DNA of 11,841 bases, taken from positions 1 through 11,841 of the forward strand of contig DXJV01000080.1 of assembly GCA_019056785.1 (NCBI GenBank), given 5' to 3'. The position numbers and the translations under genes were made by a program. Source of the DNA: Candidatus Heimdallarchaeota archaeon. Lineage in GTDB: Archaea; Asgardarchaeota; Heimdallarchaeia; JABLTI01. The notes under the pieces are model-generated. The model did not search any database, was not told where the DNA came from, and saw nothing but the letters and a program-made list of their open reading frames with translations. Below are positions 6,739 through 11,841 of the stretch, in pieces (position 1 is the stretch's first letter; each line of letters opens with the position of its first letter).

Positions 6739-8361
6739 ATGGCTCACGAATTTGACTTTGGAGATGATAGCGGGGAAATAATCGGTCGTGGAACATGGAT
6801 CGACAAGCTTGCTGTTGAAGTCATCAAACGAAAAGATAACTTGCCAGGCAAACATCCTGAGGTGATTCGCACCGAAAGTGGGTTGGGCGCTTCCGGTTTC
6901 CCGCATATTGGTTCGTTTGCTGACGCATCTCGCGCTTATGCATTCAAACTTGCCATCGATGATCAAGGAAGAAAAGCAGAATACATTGCTTTTGCAGATG
7001 ATTTAGATGGCTTGCGGAAGGTTCCAGCGGGTACTCCTCCTGAACTAGCTGAGCATCTCGGAAAACCTGTTTCCATGATCCCTGACCCTTGGGGTTGTCA
7101 TAAAAGTTATGGACAGCATATGTCTTCCTTGCTTATTGAAGCACTCGAGATAGCCGGCATAGAGTTTACTGCTGGTTCGGCCTATGAATTTTACAGTTCA
7201 GGAAAAATGGCTCCCCAAGTTAAAAAAGTATTAACAAAGGCTTCTCTTGCAGGCCAAATTATTAAAGAGACAACAGGCCAAGAAAAGTATCTTAAAGCCC
7301 TCCCCTATCATGCCATTTGTAAACAATGCGGGCGGATTTACACCACAAAGGCAATCAGTTTTGACGCTAAAAAAGGGCTTGTTGAGTATATTTGTAGTGG
7401 TGATGAGATCAAAGGTAAACAGCTCAAGGGTTGTGGCTATCATGGCTGGGCTGATATCTCCAAAGCAGAAGGAAAATTAACCTGGAAGGTAGAATTCGCC
7501 GCAAGATGGCACCTCCAGCAAATTGATTTCGAAGCTTTTGGCAAAGATATCTTTGAATCGGTCATCTGTAACGATAAAATCAGCCGGCAAATTTTCAAGT
7601 ACGAACCTCCTGCCCATGCACGCTATGAAATGTTCCTTGATAAAGGCGGGTCAAAGATTTCAAAATCTGCTGGAAATGTCTTTACACCGCAAACATGGTT
7701 CCGCTATGGTTCACCTCAATCTCTGAATCTCTTAACCTATAAGCGAATGACTGGGAGCAGAACACTTGCAATAGACGATATCCCTATTTACATGAAGGAA
7801 TTAGACTACCTCGAAAGTGTTTATTTCGGTCGCATTAAAGAGAAGAACCAAGCGAGAAAGCGAAAGTTGCGGGGACTATATGAGTATTGCTGGCATTTAC
7901 ACCCACCCGAAAAGATGTCCATTCAAATACCATACGCTCTCCTTGTTAATCTCCTCTCGGTTGCTCCAGAAAATAAAAAATACGAGTTTCTTGAATCTCG
8001 CTTGATCGAATACGGCTATCTCAGAGATGGAGCGACAATCAATGATGTTAAAGAACGAATCACCTTCGCCGAAAATTGGGTGGCTGACTTCAAGCAACTC
8101 GAGGAATTTAAGCTCTCCCTCACTCCAGAGCAAAAAGCTGCGCTGAAATCTTTGGTGAAAGTGTTGGAAAAAGTAAAAACAGCAGACGAAATTCAGACCA
8201 GCATTTTTGAAACGGCTCGGAAGCACGAGCTAAAACCCGGTGACTTTTTCAAATTGTTGTATAACATTTTACTTAACACCAATCGTGGACCTAAACTGGG
8301 GCCTTACATTCATACGATTGGTACCAAATTAGCCATTCAAAAAATTCGAAAACAACTCTAA
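6739..8361 (+). CDS. lysS: Class I lysyl-tRNA synthetase
   Basis: HIGH-type motif SGFPHIGS, DDLDGLRKVP, IPDP, CKQCG...C...GCG zinc region, KLTWKVEFAARW, DFEAFGKD, KMSKS-type KISKSAGN, and C-terminal anticodon-binding FFKLLY..LL....GPKLG. ATG at 6739 or GTG at 6730. Confidence 0.97.
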   Translation: MAHEFDFGDDSGEIIGRGTWIDKLAVEVIKRKDNLPGKHPEVIRTESGLGASGFPHIGSFADASRAYAFKLAIDDQGRKAEYIAFADDLDGLRKVPAGTPPELAEHLGKPVSMIPDPWGCHKSYGQHMSSLLIEALEIAGIEFTAGSAYEFYSSGKMAPQVKKVLTKASLAGQIIKETTGQEKYLKALPYHAICKQCGRIYTTKAISFDAKKGLVEYICSGDEIKGKQLKGCGYHGWADISKAEGKLTWKVEFAARWHLQQIDFEAFGKDIFESVICNDKISRQIFKYEPPAHARYEMFLDKGGSKISKSAGNVFTPQTWFRYGSPQSLNLLTYKRMTGSRTLAIDDIPIYMKELDYLESVYFGRIKEKNQARKRKLRGLYEYCWHLHPPEKMSIQIPYALLVNLLSVAPENKKYEFLESRLIEYGYLRDGATINDVKERITFAENWVADFKQLEEFKLSLTPEQKAALKSLVKVLEKVKTADEIQTSIFETARKHELKPGDFFKLLYNILLNTNRGPKLGPYIHTIGTKLAIQKIRKQL

Positions 8362-8369
8362 TTCAGCAG

Positions 8370-9410
8370 CTAACTTTTTTTTGTTAGCTCTTCCTCCTTT
8401 TTCCCTATTTTTTGAAAGTCAATTTTTAATGGTTGCTTGTCATTTGAGAGAATGACAACCTTGCTGTCTTCCATCTCGTAAACGAGTTTATACTCAGGCA
8501 ACCCCTCAAGAATCTTATTTGCAAAAGCACGAATTTCTTCATGAAAGGGCATGTTCCCTCGCGTGACCCGGTACTGAGAAAAGCCAACATGGACATAGCC
8601 CTTAATTTCTATAAATGCGGGATGAGCTTTTTTAATTAAAGCTACATATTCTACTGGGTTTTTCATGTTCAATTCTTTCGCCATCGTTAGGCGAGTAACC
8701 GTTCGTCCGCCTAACTCTCCAAGCAACTCGAGGCTTTTATTTAATCGGTCCCAGCCATTTTGAATTATAGGTTTGCAAACATGTAAGTAGTCCTTTTTAT
8801 TCGGGGCAGGAATCGTGATGTAGAGTTGTGTCGGTCGTACACCCGTGGTAATCATTTTCGAAATGCTTTCAGGCATTGTTCCGTTGGAAACGAGAAAAGT
8901 AGATAAGCCTTTTGCATGTAAAAGTTCAAGGAGTTCTGTAAGGAAAGGATAAAGAGTGGGTTCTCCGGCCAAGCTTAATGCTACATGCTGTGGGTCCATT
9001 GCCTGGTCAAAAAGCTCTTTCGGAACAATCGGCTTGTAGCCGGAAATGGCTCGTTTCCATCCCCAGAGCAATCCCTTGTAGACTTCTTCTGGTGAGTCAA
9101 ATTCCGAATCGGGGACATTCCAGACCGGTTTTAAGCCTACATCTTTTTCTTGGAGGCGCCAGCAAAAAGTGCATTGATGGGTACACAGCAGTGTGGGCGT
9201 TGCTTGAATACACCGGTGGCTTTCTATCCCATAAGCGTTTTTATAACAATATTGCTCTTCTTTGAGATATTTGTGGGTCCAAAGGCATTTTTTTACTGCC
9301 ACTTGTTTTCCATAAAGCTGATAACCCTGTTTTTTCAAGCGTTCTTTGATTATAGGATGAATGACTGATTTTTTCTCAGGATTGAAACGCAAGTTTTCAT
9401 ACGCCACCAA
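8370..9410 (-). CDS. taw1: 4-demethylwyosine (imG-14) synthase Taw1/TYW1, radical SAM tRNA-modifying enzyme
   Basis: Radical SAM CxxxCxxC (CTHQCTFCWR); auxiliary-cluster/Schiff-base region KKCLWT...CYK..YGIESHRCIQATP; HVALSLAGEPTLYP; TFLVSNG; PTQLY; FIEIKGYVHVGFS; NMPFHEEI. No flavodoxin domain, as expected for the archaeal form. Start is TTG 9410 or GTG 9407. Confidence 0.97.
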   Translation of the reverse strand: MVAYENLRFNPEKKSVIHPIIKERLKKQGYQLYGKQVAVKKCLWTHKYLKEEQYCYKNAYGIESHRCIQATPTLLCTHQCTFCWRLQEKDVGLKPVWNVPDSEFDSPEEVYKGLLWGWKRAISGYKPIVPKELFDQAMDPQHVALSLAGEPTLYPFLTELLELLHAKGLSTFLVSNGTMPESISKMITTGVRPTQLYITIPAPNKKDYLHVCKPIIQNGWDRLNKSLELLGELGGRTVTRLTMAKELNMKNPVEYVALIKKAHPAFIEIKGYVHVGFSQYRVTRGNMPFHEEIRAFANKILEGLPEYKLVYEMEDSKVVILSNDKQPLKIDFQKIGKKEEELTKKS

Positions 9411-9416
9411 TTATTT

Positions 9417-10004
9417 TTAAGGTTTGGTCCAGACAAAACCGTAATAGCGGACTTCATTGTTAGAAAGAATAGTTGCAATAACAAATTTCTTTTTTACTGA
9501 GGTTGCCAATCGCCCTGCACGAATGAGTTCGAGGGCTGTTAATTTACTCCCGCGTGGGAGAGCAGAAATAACATACGGGGAATGATCAATTCCGGGTCCA
9601 TGTTGATAGACTGCAAAATCAGCACCAAATTTCAAACCAGGCCGGGGGACCAATCCTCTTCGTCGCATGTCTTTATAAATGAGCATCTTCTCTTCGAAGA
9701 GAGGGATCGTTCTTTTTCCAATTGTTTCCAACTCTTCTAGAGAAATTTTGTTCTCAGTTGTTGTTTTATAGATAATTATTCTTCGTTTTTCAAGTAAAAA
9801 GCATGCTTCTATTAAAGATAATTCCAAAGGACGATCAAAACTTTCGCCTTTTGGTTTGCGAATGCCAACAGGTTTGCCATAAAAACCACTTGCATACAAT
9901 TTCGAACCTTGATTATGCTCCCAAATCATTACTCTATCTTTCACCAGTTCTGCAAGAATGGGCATGGAACTGGTAGTAGATTCAGTTGGTTGCTTCATAG
10001 CCAT
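9417..10004 (-). CDS. endA: tRNA-splicing endonuclease (tRNA-intron lyase), catalytic subunit
   Basis: LELSLIEA; YKDMRRRG..PRPGLKFGADFAVY..GP..DHSPY; RLATSVKKK (Tyr-His-Lys catalytic triad); C-terminal YY...W.KP. ATG at 10004 has SD GAGGT at 10018-10014; the ORF-track start at 10007 is a TTG. Confidence 0.96.
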   Translation of the reverse strand: MAMKQPTESTTSSMPILAELVKDRVMIWEHNQGSKLYASGFYGKPVGIRKPKGESFDRPLELSLIEACFLLEKRRIIIYKTTTENKISLEELETIGKRTIPLFEEKMLIYKDMRRRGLVPRPGLKFGADFAVYQHGPGIDHSPYVISALPRGSKLTALELIRAGRLATSVKKKFVIATILSNNEVRYYGFVWTKP

Positions 10005-10031
10005 CAAAGTTCGACCTCTTAAGAGTTATCG

Positions 10032-10051
10032 AAAATACTCGAGAGTATTTT
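10032..10051. repeat. Perfect 9-bp inverted repeat upstream of endA
   Basis: AAAATACTC-GA-GAGTATTTT (10032-10040 / 10043-10051). A second palindrome, CTCTTAAGAG, lies at 10016-10025. Confidence 0.85.
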
Positions 10052-10073
10052 ACGTACTTTACTTTAGAAAGCC

Positions 10074-10085
10074 CTTTAAATAAAA
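10074..10085 (-). promoter_or_regulatory. Putative TATA box for endA-taw1
   Basis: The minus strand reads TTTTATTTAAAG about 70-80 nt upstream of the endA ATG. Confidence 0.45.
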
Positions 10086-10109
10086 ATGCTTCTTAGTTGC
10101 TTGTTTTTT

Positions 10110-10769
10110 TTAACGAGACATTGCATATTGTCGGATGAAGAGTGCCGCGTCGCGGGCTTTATCAACCATTTCCTCAATACGGTCCACCGCTTCACGAATA
10201 ATTATCGGCGTGCTGTGTAAGGCTGTCATTCTTGCTAAGTCAATAATTAATGCGCGATAGTTATTGTCAGCATCATTTTCAATCATTTCAATTGTTTCAG
10301 AAAGCTCTATCACTTTATCTAGTTTTTGATATAAGGCACGTATCAAATCAATGAGATTTTTTGTCGCGTAGAGAGTTTTCTCAGCCAGTTGAATCATGTT
10401 CTCGACAATTTCGCGAGGGGGAATCCAATCAGCTTCCAGGTTGTTCAAAAAAAATGCCGCTCCCTGGGCGAGGTCGAGAATCTGATCTGTGGTTCGAATG
10501 ATCCACATAAGGTCTTGTCGAAAGAGTAATACAGGCCCAGCTAATGATATCTCTTTCATAATATCTTTTTTAATTTCATTGGCTTGTGCCTCGAGAGAAT
10601 CAAGTAACTCAACATTTGCGTTAAATTTCTCTCTACCGGGGGATTTCCAATTATCAATTAATGCTGTGAGAACTTCTGTACCTTTTTGTACGATTCTGAC
10701 GTGATCTAGCAACATGTCTATTACTTTATTTTCAACCAGATTGTTGCCATTTGCTTTTTGGTAAACCAT
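10110..10769 (-). CDS. DUF47 / PhoU-like phosphate transport regulator family protein
   Basis: Two helical-bundle repeats with acidic motifs LEAQANEIK...FRQDL...DQILD and IENDADNNYR...DRIEEMVDKARD, typical of DUF47 (PhoU_div); 219 aa. Confidence 0.9.
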   Translation of the reverse strand: MVYQKANGNNLVENKVIDMLLDHVRIVQKGTEVLTALIDNWKSPGREKFNANVELLDSLEAQANEIKKDIMKEISLAGPVLLFRQDLMWIIRTTDQILDLAQGAAFFLNNLEADWIPPREIVENMIQLAEKTLYATKNLIDLIRALYQKLDKVIELSETIEMIENDADNNYRALIIDLARMTALHSTPIIIREAVDRIEEMVDKARDAALFIRQYAMSR

Positions 10770-10980
10770 TTCTCATCTTCCTAAAACAATTGCTCTGTTT
10801 GCTCGAAAAACACCTCGTTTGCTTTTTAACCTTTTAGATATACTCCAGAAATTTCTCTTAGTATTTTAAGAAAACGTTTTTCATACTTTTTATAACAAGA
10901 AAAAAGATAATATTAAAAGGAACTATTATCAATAAGGAATATCTATTTCAAACATGTAATTCGCTTGTTGGATGATTTTC

Positions 10981-11841
10981 ATGAGAAAAAGTACCTTTCA
11001 AGAATTTGCAGAAGTGGCGTCCAAAGAATATTCCAACCAAGCAAGAAAATCCTTGGAAGAAACACTCAACCATTTCGCTAAAGAAACAACAAGCGATGTT
11101 GTAAGACAGCTGGGGCTACCCCAAGTGTTGATGTTTTTCTCTTCCACAATAGCAAAGCAAAACCAAAATAAAGTCATCCAAAGCACAGATGTTGAAGAAG
11201 CATTTTCCCTTTTACAGTATTTACTCGAGCGTGACTTAAATTCTACTCTCCTTGTAAATGATGAGTTAAATCTTGGCTTGCCGTTTGCAATGAGACAACA
11301 AAACCGGCTAGCCATTCTTCTCAAAGTTAAGGGGAACATGAAAACAAAGAATAATCTTGACTCCAAGATCTCCAGACTTGTTGATTTCCTAAAAAGTCAA
11401 AAATTGGCCCAAAAACACATCAATCGTATTGTCACAGAGTTAAAAGCCACAATCTTGTTTATTGCAAGACTCCTCACTCTCACACGGTCTGCAAGGCGAT
11501 TGCAGGTTTCCAATGAGGATATAGATTTTGCCTATGACTTTGCTCGCTATTTGATTTTGCGTCTTGACTTGACGAAAATCAAGATTTTGACGACGCTTTA
11601 TTCAGTGGAAGATAAAGAAATTTGGGGAAAGTTCTCGAAAATTGTTTTTGATACAACAGCTTATGATCATTTGAGTAGCACAGCTTATGCGGGCTGGGAA
11701 AACGATCTACCAGAAGCTTTTGAGACCCTTAAACAATACATTAATTGTGCCTCGCGCCTATTTGTTTCAGCAATTTTCGGCTATTCGGAAATTTTTTGCG
11801 CGAGAAAGAAGATTTCCAGGGTAACTACCGATGAATTAACC
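10981..11841 (+). CDS. Hypothetical all-helical protein with three AAA+-lid/histone-fold-like repeats; 3' end runs off the window
   Basis: Not in the ORF track. Open for 287 codons from ATG 10981 (alternative ATG 10972) to the window end: MRKSTFQEFAEVASKEYSNQARKSLEE...IAKQNQNKVIQSTDVEEAFSLLQYLL...RSARRLQVSNEDIDFAYDFARYLI...FCARKKISRVTTDELT. Confidence 0.85.
   Translation, partial: MRKSTFQEFAEVASKEYSNQARKSLEETLNHFAKETTSDVVRQLGLPQVLMFFSSTIAKQNQNKVIQSTDVEEAFSLLQYLLERDLNSTLLVNDELNLGLPFAMRQQNRLAILLKVKGNMKTKNNLDSKISRLVDFLKSQKLAQKHINRIVTELKATILFIARLLTLTRSARRLQVSNEDIDFAYDFARYLILRLDLTKIKILTTLYSVEDKEIWGKFSKIVFDTTAYDHLSSTAYAGWENDLPEAFETLKQYINCASRLFVSAIFGYSEIFCARKKISRVTTDELT

Noticed and set aside
8091-8733. 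14-nt direct repeat CAAGCAACTCGAGG at 8091-8104 and 8720-8733
   Set aside because: Roughly one 14-mer match is expected by chance in a window this size; both copies sit in intact coding sequence of unrelated genes.
10010-10033. Canonical bulge-helix-bulge splice motif in the endA leader
   Set aside because: Only one bulge is present, it lies 5' of the short helix on the mRNA strand (wrong geometry), and the loop is too small. Kept only as a generic hairpin.
6266-10704. Short ORFs within or antisense to the longin gene, lysS, taw1 and DUF47
   Set aside because: They are nested in conserved genes and have no independent coding evidence.
10998-11366. 122-aa minus-strand ORF
   Set aside because: Antisense shadow of the open plus-strand frame 10981..11841.
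1-11841. tRNA, rRNA, CRISPR array, transposase or integrase
   Set aside because: Intergenic gaps are short and AT-rich, with no cloverleaf or T-loop motif, no regularly spaced repeats and no mobile-element protein motifs.

Overview
AT-rich archaeal chromosomal segment, most consistent with an Asgard archaeon (Heimdallarchaeia-like; inferred from an Asgard-type longin protein, a 7TM sensor-like protein, class I LysRS, archaeal Taw1 and EndA, and GGTGA-type Shine-Dalgarno sites). It holds 11 probable protein-coding genes. Two run off the window ends and are missing from the supplied ORF track: 1..753 on minus and 10981..11841 on plus. The left half encodes accessory membrane and signalling-type proteins: a zinc-ribbon membrane protein, a membrane-anchored LVIVD beta-propeller, a 7TM protein with a Cys-rich tail, an EVE/PUA-like protein, a degenerate zincin-like protein, a zinc-ribbon/DUF4190-like protein and a longin-winged-helix fusion. 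The right half is a tRNA-metabolism cluster (lysS convergent on DUF47-endA-taw1), followed by an unknown protein with three AAA+-lid/histone-fold-like repeats. I saw no rRNA, tRNA, CRISPR array or mobile element. All family assignments come from reading motifs by eye; no database searches were run.
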